Source of the DNA: Octopus sinensis
Taxonomy: Eukaryota
Assembly (NCBI RefSeq): GCF_006345805.1
Contig: NC_043016.1
Location: forward strand, 30,504,001 to 30,568,000
Length of the DNA stretch: 64,000 nt
Direction of reading: 5' to 3'
Positions 52,488 through 64,000 of the stretch are shown here, one piece after another (position 1 is the first letter of the stretch; each line of letters begins with the position of its first letter). The translations under genes and the position numbers were made by a program. The notes below the pieces were generated by a model that searched no databases, had not been told where the DNA came from, and saw only the letters and a program-made list of their open reading frames with translations.

Positions 52488-53007
52488 ATAGATATATGTA
52501 TATATATAAATGTACATTTTTTTTATTGCGTTTTATGTATTTATTTATTTATTTATTGTAGTTGCTATTTAAAAGGGTTGATCAGAAAACCACTTGCTAT
52601 AAATCCATAATGGGAAATATGAATAATATTAAAGGAGTTATATTTTTAAATATTCGACTCTATTTTAAACATTTGACTCTATTCCTTAGTTAACTGAAGA
52701 ATGGAGTTAACTTTAAGTCAGGTCTGAATTAGGAGTTAAACAACAAAGAAACAAAACTACTATATTTCTTAAACAGACTGGTTGGTCAATAGTAAAAAAA
52801 AAATCTTAATGGCCATAAATATGGAGGAAAGATAATAGCTGTTTAACCAAATGAAATTTTGCTAGTCTCTACTGTGGCTATCTTTGGAATCTAGTGGATG
52901 GTAGAAAACTGTAACATCTTCATACAACAAAAAACTTCATCTTGGAGCATGCTGTATGATGCTCAGCTTATGATGTATATGTCAATGTGGATGTAGAGTA
53001 ATGAATT

Positions 53008-53392
53008 TGTGGTAGCTGTGTGATAAGAAGCTTGCTTCCCAACCTCATGGTTCTGGGTTCAGTCCCACTAGATGGCACCTTGGGCAAGTGTTTTATACTA
53101 TAGCCTTGAGATGATCAAAGCCTTGTGAGTGGATTTGGTGGACAGAAGTTGAAAGTAGCTCATAGTATATATGTGTATGTCACTGTGTCTGTGTTTGACC
53201 TCCACCACTATTTAAACAATGGTTTTGGTATGTCTACATCCCTGTAATTTAGTGATTCAGCAAAAGGGACCAATTGAATAAGTAACAGGTTTTAAAAAAT
53301 GAGAAAGGATTGGGGTCAATTCATTTGACTAAAAATTCAAGGCACTGTCCCTGCATGGCTGCAATCTAATGAGTGAAACAAGTAAAAGATTA
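53008..53392 (+). mobile_element. SINE, family 1
   Basis: Head and family core. Confidence 0.8.
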
Positions 53393-54226
53393 AAGATACC
53401 ACCTTTGTATCTTGACTTTTCAACCAAGGTTATAATCCATTCACTGACTGTCCAAGCATTTCCAATTGTTGCAGACTGCCAAAGGGATCTTGACCAAAAG
53501 TAAACTTTATCCAGACAATTATAAAAACCTTGAAAATCAACAATCAAGAAAAAAGAAAAGAATATTGTAAATTAAGCATATGTTGTGATACTATATACAT
53601 ACTGTATGCATTCTATATACTTGTTCAGGTGTTACTTTCATTTCAAACAATGCTGCAAGAATGACATCAATAGGATATTCAAATAAAGAACATCAAATGA
53701 GATACTTACTGCAGGTAAGTTTTAAAAGGTGTTCCTCGTCAGCCAAATCATAGCACTACAAAAAATATAATCAGTCAGCCACCCCGAGTTTGCATTTATA
53801 ACTCAAAAAAAAAAAAAATAAAAAACAAGAACAAACTATTGATTATCATCATTTATATGACAATAATAGTTATTTAAATCTATAATGAGTTTAAAAAGTT
53901 TAATTTGTTAAGAATTTAAGAATAATTACTATACAAAGTTGATGATTCTGCAGTGCAATGAGAACAGAAATAAATAACATTCTACTGTTTTTTTATGTGC
54001 AACATCTGACAGGCTTGCTATACAGTGTCAGAGGTACAACATTATTGTTACAATTTACAATAATTTAGCGAAAAGGAATATGTTTTACTAAAGAAAAACA
54101 CAGGGTACATTTGGGAAGAAATTAGATATTTTGTTATAAACTCTTAGCTTAAATGACTCTATTTTTTTTTCGCTCAATTTATTTTATTTTATTACATATA
54201 TAACACGTGTATATATGATACATATG

Positions 54227-54463
54227 CAGGGTGCAGCAGAAAGGTTTCCCCAATTTCAAAGGTTAATAAAAGACAAACACATGAAAATACAAGAAAAAAC
54301 TTTGTATTTCTAACAAATGCATGATGCTCTCCATGGTGGGTACTACCTGAAACAGAAAAAAAAAAAAAAATGACATTTAATGAACTTCATAGAAATACAG
54401 AGTTTTTTCATTCATCTTCTTGTTTGTTTTTTGAAATTAAAACAACCTTTCTGCCGCACTCTG
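54227..54463. mobile_element. Tc1/mariner-type MITE
   Basis: TIRs CAGGGTGCAGCAGAAAGGTT and AACCTTTCTGCCGCACTCTG|TA. Confidence 0.7.
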
Positions 54464-54699
54464 TATAATACAAAACCGCATTAAAATACTAATCTAAAAC
54501 TGAAGAAAACACAAGCATGAGTTGAGTTATGAAAGCATTTTGGTAAAGATCTAATGGAATTGAGCATCATTCACATTTTTCAATGTCTTGAAATTTCGGG
54601 TTTGATTGAGAGGTAACAGAGGTTCTTCAAGGCCTGTGAAATCAATACAGCTGATATTCATCAGTAATATCTGCTGACTGATGTCCCCAAGGGGAAAAA

Positions 54700-56890
54700 A
54701 TTACAAATATTTGAATGTTGTGAAGAAAGGATTTGGTTAGAGAACATTATGTCAAGTGGGCTTCAGAGAATCTGGTAAGCAATTAACAAGGGGAACAGTG
54801 GCTGTTGCATAGTGACAGAATAGGAAAAGAGAAAAAATTGTCTATGAATCAACGACTGAACTGTGTTAGTTTTGATAAATTAGTGGATAACCTCCCTTTA
54901 CATGCTGTTGAACATGTTTGTATGTATAAAGCATTCGGAACCGGTATACGTTTTAGGATTTTATTTGTGCTTTGTAAAGAATTAGTACCTGATCAAAGCT
55001 GAAGTATTTTCTTGTACTAAAAAAAGACCAATACTAATAGTCAAGCTATGTAATAAATAATGTGGGTCTCCAGGAGAGAGCCTCAGAGCGTGTAACCATA
55101 TTGAATGGTTAGAGAGACTGGTTTATTAGAGACCCCACCCTCCACAATTTTTTTAATTTTTTTGGACCAGGAGGAGGTAGTGAGGTTCTCGAGTCTTGCT
55201 TTGGTTGAGTTTAAATAATATAAATTTGTCCTCTTGTGAAAAGCAGTATTGATTGCAAAGAGAAATATGTTAAAATACAGAAGGAAGAGTGTGAGAGATA
55301 TAATAATGGAATCTGAAATATAATGGGCAGTTTCCTGTACAAAAAAACTAAAGACAAATAAATCCACAAGATATGGAGCTCAACTAGATATTCTCACACC
55401 AGATACAATCAAAGAATTTGTTGATGCTCAATATAAAGATTTTACTTTCAATGAACTTCTCAAGATTGAGACTTCTGATTAGTGATAAGACAGCATGTCT
55501 CTGATAGATCTAGCCTTATAAGATGCACCGTTGATAGTCACTGAAGAGGGAACAGGACTGAAATTTTGAGAGAAGTCATTGGTAACGAATGCTTTGTTTA
55601 TTTCTGAGATGTGTTGGTTTTTTAGATGTCAGTGGTTACCAATACATCACAGGAGATTGAGCAGACAGTTCAGAAACACAGGTGATTGGTCAAATATAGT
55701 AACAACTTAAGAAAATCCTTACAAGGACATGCAATTGACAAAAAAAAGGGGGTGGGGATTCAACTTCTATCGCACAAATTAACTAAATAGTTGAAAAAAA
55801 TTTTTGAAAAGGCACCAATTTTGAAAAAAGTGACTACTCTCGATGGGAGTTGTCACTTTCCTTGCACCCCCATTAGCTATGCCACTGTCAGAGAGTAGTA
55901 TATTTCTGAAGCATGTAAGATATACCTTTAGGGAAGAGAAAGATTGAAAAGTATGGTATTTGGATGATCATTGGAGAGCAGTATTAGAAGTTAATAGATA
56001 TGAAATTGTCAGGGTCTTGTAAGTCTGACATGACTGGAGATACTTATAACACTTGGTAGTGGTAATTGACTAGAGAAAGAAAATTTTGAAGGAATTTCGA
56101 TGAAGTAAAATGAAGAGCAAATTGGAAGCATATTCCATGTAAGTACTGCTGCTAAAACCATCACAGTAAAGGATTTGAGAACAGGAGCATTATGCAGTAT
56201 TAATAGAGACCAAAAAAGACTGCTGGAATTAAGGTGTCAGTTACTTGAAGATTGTGTGATACATGTAGACATCTTTTGTAGTTTCAGATTGCAGTCTTGC
56301 AGAAATTTTGGGTAATGGAGGCAGCTTGGCCTTCCAATTGGAGGAGGTTGGTGACTTTTACCAGTTGTTTTAGACCTTTCTCCATTTGTATTCTCGTAGC
56401 ACCTCTGGATGTGACTTACCTAGGAAGCTCATAGTATCAGCTTTGATTCTTAGGAATGGGAAGGGACATGTCTAAGAGAATGATTTAGGTTATCTACATT
56501 GTGAAGAATAAAGTAAAACTTGCAGGGAACAGTAAATATTTTTACAAACTACTACCTTAATCTAAGTAACCTGCTAAATGTACATGTTAATTATATCTGA
56601 TCTTAAAGATGTTCTCTGCAAGTCTTGAGTAATTCCTTCCCAAAAGAGGATGAACCAGTTAGACCAGCTATGGAACTCTCATACAAAAGCTGTATTTCCT
56701 TGAATTCCAAAACCGAATGTCCTTGCCCAAATTTTGCCCATCTTTCAGAAAATATTGCAAGGAAAAACACCTCTCTCTCTTCCATGTACTTAAGCTTCTC
56801 CTCCAAGAGGTTTTTGAAAAAGTTGATAAGGATAGGTGAGAGAGAAAATACAATTCTCCAGTCCTCTTATTTATCATACAGTGAAGGCAT
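54700..56890 (-). mobile_element. Heavily degraded LINE remnant (CR1/L2 group); boundaries uncertain
   Basis: Minus strand near 54950-55035 reads RKYFSFDQVLILYKAQIK, resembling an RT thumb LYKAQIRP motif; the remainder is too decayed to read. Confidence 0.35.
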
Positions 56891-57449
56891 TTAACTCATT
56901 GTTTAGGGTATTCAGTGTACAATCGTAAGGTTGCTAGTCTGATTCCTGGTAGTGTGTTATTTCCTTGGGCAAGACACTTTATTTCATGTTTATTTTATTC
57001 CACTCAGCTGGTAAAAATGAGCAGCACCTGTATTTCGAAGGGCCTTGTCACACTTTGTATCATGCTGAATCTCCCTGAGAACTATGTTAAGGGTCTACAT
57101 TTCATGTCTGTGGAGTCACTTGCATGTTAATTTCATGAGAAGGCTGTCCCCTTGATTAGATTGACATAATGCCAGTTTTTTCTTTATATTTATCCTACAA
57201 CCTCTTTTCACAATGCCATCAGACAGGAAAACTGCCAAATGTAGGTGGATGGGTAGAATAGACTTCACAATGGATTTGGCTCAGAGTTTGATCTTTCCTA
57301 TATGTGAGGACAGCTGTTAAGCAACGTTTGGCCACAGGATGAATTTATAGATTCTACACAGGCCGTACTTATGACAATTGTCTCTCAGCTAAAGGCATCT
57401 GAAAAAGACTGCTCAGTTACTCCAAGAATACCCTACAATACCTAGAAAA

Positions 57450-57677
57450 GGCAGCGAGTTGGTAGAATTGATAATATGCCATGTGAAATGCTTAGTGGTA
57501 TTTCATCTGTCGCTAGGTTCTGAGTTCAAATTTCGCCGAGGTTGACTTTGCCTTTCATCCTTTCAGGGTAAATAAATTAAGTACCAGTTACGCACTGGGG
57601 TCGATGTAAATCAACTTAATCCCTTTGTTTGTCCCATCCATGTTTAGCTCCTTGTGGGCAATAAAGAAATAAGAAAT
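57450..57677 (+). mobile_element. tRNA-derived SINE, family 2
   Basis: Matches 12091-12321; flanked by the duplication AAGAATACCCTA(C/T)AATA. Confidence 0.85.
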
Positions 57678-59437
57678 AAGAATACCCTATAATATCATCA
57701 CTAATGTTTACCTTAAATCTTCTGTGGAATGCAAAAGTTAACATTCCATAAGATATATTTCCTAACTTGCACTGCATTATTTTATGCGTTTCTGCTTTTT
57801 TAAAGATGGCAATGTGGTATAAGGCAATTTGACTGCTGTTTCAAACAAGTTGAGAAACCACTATAAAGACTTATTTGTTGGCCCATAGCAAAAACAAAAA
57901 AAAATCTCTGCAAACTAAAAATAAAAAAAATATCTATCTGTGCCATCCTAACTTCCATCAAAATCAGAAAATCTATGAATCCAAACTCTCTGAATCCATT
58001 AGGGGCTGCTCATAAAATACTCAACATTTTCCCTTATGTAGCACCACAAAATACTGGTTTCTAAATTATCCCTTTGACCATGTACATGGATGAACATGGA
58101 CGTACATAATGTACATTGGATGAAGTCCATGTACATTATAATCCTTTCTACCATAGGCACAAGGCCTGGAATTTCACGGGAGGTGGATAGTTGATTACAT
58201 TGACCATAGTACTTGACTGATACAGATTCTATTGACTCCGGTAGCATTTGAACTCAGAACGTACGTAGTGATAGGCAAAATGCCACTAAGCATTTTTCCC
58301 GGTGTGCTAACTATTTTGTCAGCTTGCTGCCTTGTCCAACATTTCCAGAATTGCGTTAGAGACTTAATCTTGGGTGTGTTTAACCCAGAACTCAATCAAA
58401 GAACGGAGCTTAAAAGATATATGTTTGATGAAAAGTGACTGCTCATTGGTTATGAAACTATCAACTCATTTCTGGGTGAGACTAACTGTCATTTTCAGTA
58501 TCAAGTTTTCCTTTTGGCGTAGTGTCGCACTTTCTCTACCATTTCAGCAACTTCTCAGAACGATGTTTCCAAGTTTCTTTCTTGTTGGTGTCACAAAGGG
58601 CAAGGATGCTACTGTCGTTCCATATACACATTTCCTCAGCATTTTGTTTCACAAATAGCTTTGCAATCAGAGACATTTCACACTACTGATCCTTTTCAGG
58701 CCCATCACCAGACTTTGGTGCCTGGAGGCACTTCAGAATATTTCAGGTTGGCACAACTTTGTAATAATGCTAAAGTGGAGTTTTGAAATCAATGTTTCAC
58801 TGTAAATCTGAGGGCGCATCATTGAATGGTGAGGGGGCAGTGCCATCCATTGCACCTCTTTGGCGATGGGCATGATTCTCTCATTACTGAATATTGGTCA
58901 ATCACTCACTTTCAGCTTCCCTCTGTCCAATGTATATCTAATGTCTAGCTTCTCATCTAGCTATTTGACAATGGTTTTTACTGGTCTTTTTCTTCCAATC
59001 TTAGAACCAATACTACTATTACAACACTATGACACCTTCCATTTAGCTGGTATCTTGGTTCCAACAATAGATATGGTTTTGCAGCAGGTTGCCTCATAGA
59101 AATTCTATAGATATCTATCCCTGCCACCTTCTCAAAATACATGTCATCTTGTACCTGTCTGCACATAATATATTTATTAGAAAAATCTTTACTTTTTACA
59201 CATTCCTTCTCCAATGTTACATCTTTTACAGAAAATTTTTTAAAAATCATTGTTTAATAGAAGAATTAAAGTGCAAAATTAGCAAAAATAGCTTACAGTT
59301 TGAACTTATCTAATGCTTACAGATATTCTTTGAGAATATGCTTACAGATATTCTTTATTAAGTAGACTGCTGATTTGCTTCTTAAACTAATTTTTATGAT
59401 AGTTAATCCAAAATTTATGGAGTTTCTTGATAATTAA

Positions 59438-59658
59438 CCCTTTCATTACCAAACTGGCTGAAACTGGCTCTGGCTCTGAGTACAAACGTCTTGTTTTTAT
59501 AAGTTTTGAATTAAATTCTTCCATCAAACCTTAGTCGCAATTTTATGTTCCTAACACTAACTTAATAATAACTAAGTTATTTTACTAAATTCTTTGTTAT
59601 ATTTAAACTAATTGAAAGAAACACAGAGCATCTCAAAATTAATACCGTAACAAAAGGG
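59438..59658. mobile_element. piggyBac-type MITE
   Basis: TTAA|CCCTTTCATTACC ... GTAACAAAAGGG|TTAA; related fragments near 39830-40040. Confidence 0.7.
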
Positions 59659-59744
59659 TTAAATAATGTATCTCAATCCCACCCCATCTCTAATCATCAA
59701 TCATTCCTTTAACTTAATGTACTTACCTTTCTGCTCCTCTGTCC

Positions 59745-60006
59745 CTGTGGTTCTCAACCATTTTTTTTATCTATGGACCCCATTGATTCCTATTTTACTC
59801 TACTGGAACTCTAAAGTTGGTCACTGTATATATATAAAAAAAATCTTACTGTATTTTTATAAATAAATATTATTAGGAATTTTATAAAATAAAGGAAAAT
59901 ATTTTGTGTATTGTTAAAGTATAACCAATTTATTGTAGATAAATTTTAATAGCAAAATCTTAATTGGACCCACAACAGCCATATGGACCCTGGTTGAGAA
60001 CCTCTG
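59745..60006. mobile_element. hAT-type MITE
   Basis: TIRs CTGTGGTTCTCAACCA and TGGTTGAGAACCTCTG. Confidence 0.6.
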
Positions 60007-61434
60007 CTTTACCCTTACTCCCTTTTCTATATTCCCCTTGTACCTTGACCTCACATCTCTCTCAATTTCTTTCTTGATATGAAAGCTAGGTATTCAACTT
60101 TATGGAGAACACCTGCTCCTTCCCCACCTATCATACTTTCAAATCCTTCAATACTATATCCCATTCAGTTGAGGGAGGAAGGGTCTTGTCTTGAGAGTAA
60201 CTGGTGACCTCATCAATGCTGGTACTGTACAAAAAAAAAGGCACCCAGTACACTCTAGGAAGTGGCTGGAATTAGGGAAAGGCATCCTGCTGCAGAAACT
60301 ATGTCAAAGTAGACATTGGAACCTGGTACAGTCCTCTGGTTTGTCAGTTCATGCCAAACCATCTAACCCATGCCAGCATGGAAAAAGGGATGTTAAATGA
60401 AGATGATGATGATAATGATCTCATTTCTGCTAGTGTGCTTTTTTCTCTTTTTTCATCTTTCTGTATATTTTAATACTATATTCTTCTGTTCTTGATTTAA
60501 CCCTCCAGCATTCAAATTACAACATCAAATGTTTTGAATTAGTCATACATTATCTGATAGACTTGATATTTTGATGATATGATAGTTTTATTCTTAGAAT
60601 GACATTGAAGGACAGGTTGCAAAGGTTGGATCTGGTTAGTATGAACATAAAACAGGTAGAATATTTTGACCAGATTTGGTCAGTTTAAATGCTAAACGGT
60701 CAACCATTTTGGATCTTCATAGTATTATCTTCTTTCCTTAAATAGTTTACTAATTCTTTATCTTGAATGAAAAAAAAAATGCCAAGAAAATAAGTATAAA
60801 AAAACATATATCTATAACCAAGTAAATTTATTATTCTGCACTTTATTTTCTGTTTTACAATTCTTCTTGAAAGGGGAAATGGTAATCTGTCATGTTGAAA
60901 AGGACTCTAACAGTACCTTATTATATAGCCATAATTCTAACAGTAATGGACCTGTTTTAGTACCCTTATGCATGCTGCCTGAATACAACCAATAATGAGA
61001 GATATGAATAGGGCACCATTCATGCACAAGGTTGTACTGCAATGGAATTGGAAGAGCTTTGATTTACATAATACCTGTTCATTCTTAGCCTGTTAATTAT
61101 TAATACAACATCCACTAATATATTATAGTTCTCACCAGCCCCAGTGCAATGTGATCAAGTGAGTGTAGTGAGAGTTTGTTATGAAAGAGTTGGTATTATG
61201 CTCTTTCACTTTCTGAAAATTTGAAATAGTGTTGTTTTGAGATTTTATTTTTTTGTTAAGGAAGAAGATGCAACGACAAACTAAAGATGCAAACAGTATA
61301 TGTTTATTGTCTTAAAACAGTAAAACATATATTCTTAAACTTTTGTATTTGGTCATCATTTGAATTGAAAATATTGTGAGAAAGTGAAAGAGTACCTTAC
61401 TATAACATCCACTCACTGTTTTCACTTGTCATTA

Positions 61435-61850
61435 CCTATTTCTTCACTACCCACAAGGGGCTAAACACAGAGCGGACAAACAAGGACAGACAAACGGATT
61501 AAGTTGATTATATCGACCCCAGTGCGTAACTGGTACTTATTTAATTGACCCCCGAAAGGATGAAAGGCAAAGTCGACCTCAGCAGAATTTGAACTCAGAA
61601 CGTAACGACAGACGAAATACCTATTTCTTTACTACCCACAAGGGACTAAACACAGAGAGAACAAGGACAGACAAACGGATTAAGTCGATTATATCGACCC
61701 CAGTGCGTAACTAGTACTTATTTAATCGACTCTCGAAGGATGAAAGGCAAAGTCAACCTCAGCGGAATTTGAACCCAGAACGTAGCGACAGATGAAATAC
61801 TACTGAGCATTTCGCCCGGCGTGCTAACGTTTCTGCCAGCTCGCCACCTT
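61435..61850 (-). mobile_element. SINE, family 2, with its 3' part (~180 bp) tandemly duplicated
   Basis: ACTACCCACAAGGG...GAAATAC occurs twice, and the head appears once at 61800-61850. Confidence 0.8.
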
Positions 61851-62514
61851 TCACTAGGCATTGCCACCATCATCATCATCATCACTATCAACATAGTTAC
61901 TGCTGCCACGTCCTCCTCCTCCACATGATGTAGATGGTGGTGGTGGTTAGGTAAGCATCCAGATCCACAAGGATGATCATGGGAATGTTTTATTATATTC
62001 TGTTACAAAGATGAAATATCACATGGTGAGGCAATTTATGTGGTGGTGGTGGTGGTGGTGGTGGTGATGATGATGAATGGTATATCCAGTTATTGGGGTG
62101 CCACTCAAGAATTGAGCTGTTGTCGTTGTTGTTGTTGTCCCTTGTCCTCCATCACACACAAAAGAGCCAAGGTGCTATGTTATTGAGACTAACATTTTTT
62201 TTGTTGTTTCTTCTTTTGTCTTCTTTCAGTTGTGTTCCGTAAAATGGTTTTGGACAGGGACTCGAGGGTGGATACACGTTCCTATTGGGGAAATATTCAG
62301 TGGTTTCATGGTATTTGTCCCTTGACAAACCTGTTTGTCTTGTCCTTTATGTAACTATCTCATTTTCATTATAAATGGTGAAAGGTACCATACTGCTGCT
62401 TTCATTGCTGAACGCATGTTTCTTTCATCATTTCACTTGGGTATCCTACAGTAAAGTTCTTTTGCCTAATGTAAATCAGTCTTTTTGTCACTTCTAATGA
62501 TGATGACGACGACG

Positions 62515-62951
62515 ATGATGAATGTATCTGTCAAGATCTGCCAAAAACTGAGCAAGCATAAAGATCTTGAAATAGAAATTGGCAAAATGTGGAACCTGAA
62601 GACTAAAACAGTACCTGTTGTCATAGGTGCCCTAGGAATGATAGCAAAAGGGGCTGATTGCTACCTAGTTAAGATACCAGGAAAACCCAAAATGGCAGAA
62701 ATTCAAAAGATAGTGTTCATGGGAACTGCCCATATCCCATGTAAAATGCTGTCTATGTAATCTCAAATTTTAAAACAAACTTATTATTTTCTTATGTTTT
62801 CTTAAACATTCTCTAGAACAATACTATATGCAAAACTAAATATATGACACCCTAGGTATAACACCAACTTGAACTTCTAACTTGTTGACTCTTGAGGTCT
62901 CTGGGTGAGACTTGGAGCCAACTTGTACAAAGGCAAAGCAAAAGTCAAAAC
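62515..62951 (+). mobile_element. Dong/R4-clade non-LTR retrotransposon, 3' end
   Basis: KLSKHKDLEIEIGKMWNLKTKTVPVVIGALG...IQKIVFMGTAHI restriction-like endonuclease C-terminus, then a 3'UTR ending in (TAA)n. Confidence 0.8.
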
Positions 62952-62978
62952 ATAATAATAATAATAATAATAATAATG

Positions 62979-63030
<52 letters not shown>

Positions 63031-63050
63031 TGATGATGATGATGATGATG

Positions 63051-63087
<37 letters not shown>

Positions 63088-63096
63088 CAACAACAA

Positions 63097-63651
63097 CTGC
63101 CCTGATGCAGTACCAGGCAGTGGCTCTCATGGCTTCTGATCTTAACTGATTGGAAGTGTTATCATGTACATTGTTTTGTCTTGGTATAAAAGATGGGCTA
63201 CAGCAAATATTCTGCTCAATACCACAGATTTGCTTGTCAGTTGTTTGACCTTAACCAGTTGAGCATGTCCCTTAGTGGCTGACGATATGTGCATCTCTGA
63301 TCACGAGCAGAAGTAGTAGGGGAGCATCATAGCCATGTGTTGAGAGGGATTCTTTGGGGTTTGAATAATTCACCTCTGGAAACATGGGTGGTTCTTTCAA
63401 CATCCTTAAACAACCCTTATTCAGGGACCTTTTGAGTGGGATGGGCTACTCAACCTGAAGAAAATTCTAACTGGGCCCCACCTGCAAGGTCATGTGCTGT
63501 TTATCTTGATATGAGATCACCATGTCGCGCACATATGGTTGTGATGCATGTGCCTGGTGTACCTTTATCAGACGGGTAGTCATGATGGGTATATTGGGCT
63601 TCGTATATTTTACCCCAGTGTCACTTTGATGGCATGCACTGCTCTCTCATC
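63097..63651. mobile_element. Non-coding ~555-bp insert between (TAA)n tracts (probable 3'UTR or non-autonomous partner of a TAA-targeting element)
   Basis: GC-richer segment bounded on both sides by (TAA)n and lying between two Dong/R4 fragments. Confidence 0.5.
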
Positions 63652-63707
<56 letters not shown>

Positions 63708-63709
63708 TG

Positions 63710-63801
<92 letters not shown>

Positions 63802-63802
<1 letters not shown>

Positions 63803-64000
63803 TGTTTGATAAAAATATAAATCATCTCGTTTACATGGATGATTTAAAGCTTTTTGCAAAAAATGATCAACAACTCAAGGGCTTACTAGCGATAGTCAAA
63901 CAATTCAGTGACGACATCAGAATGCAATTCGGCCTCGATAAATGTGCAAAAGCTACCTTTATCAAAGGAAAAATGACAGAAACATCTAACGTTAACCTTG
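63802..64000 (+). mobile_element. Dong/R4-clade RT, 5'-truncated, running off the window end
   Basis: MFDKNINHLVYMDDLKLFAKNDQQLKGLLAIVKQFSDDIRMQFGLDKCAK begins directly after (TAA)n. Confidence 0.85.

Noticed and set aside
54585-54670. Minus-strand CUGAUGA...GAAAU
   Set aside because: No convincing stem I or stem III and no cleavage triplet

Overview
Eukaryotic, AT-rich, microsatellite-dense genomic DNA. It is most likely from an octopus (inferred from the tRNA-derived SINEs, the RTE 3' ends with (GAT)n tails and the microsatellite load). The only host gene I can firmly support is a complete 3-exon GABARAP/ATG8 gene on the + strand (28006-33809, 117 aa), which has a 2-codon uORF abutting its start codon. 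The rest is largely mobile-element derived: a 5'-truncated CR1-type LINE with a long open RT frame, a frameshifted full-length mariner, many RTE fragments, Dong/R4 fragments in (TAA)n, non-autonomous Helitrons, Tc1/mariner, pogo, hAT and piggyBac-type MITEs, and two SINE families. The main signal the ORF track misses is a set of type I hammerhead-ribozyme motifs from several unrelated Penelope-like/retrozyme-like families. These include a pair at the ends of a 2.4-kb foldback, one inside a ~355-nt partial tandem unit, and two with unusually long stem II insertions. Nearly all other ORFs in the track are microsatellite or TE artefacts. All structures and coordinates were read by eye; ribozyme activity and family names need computational and experimental confirmation.
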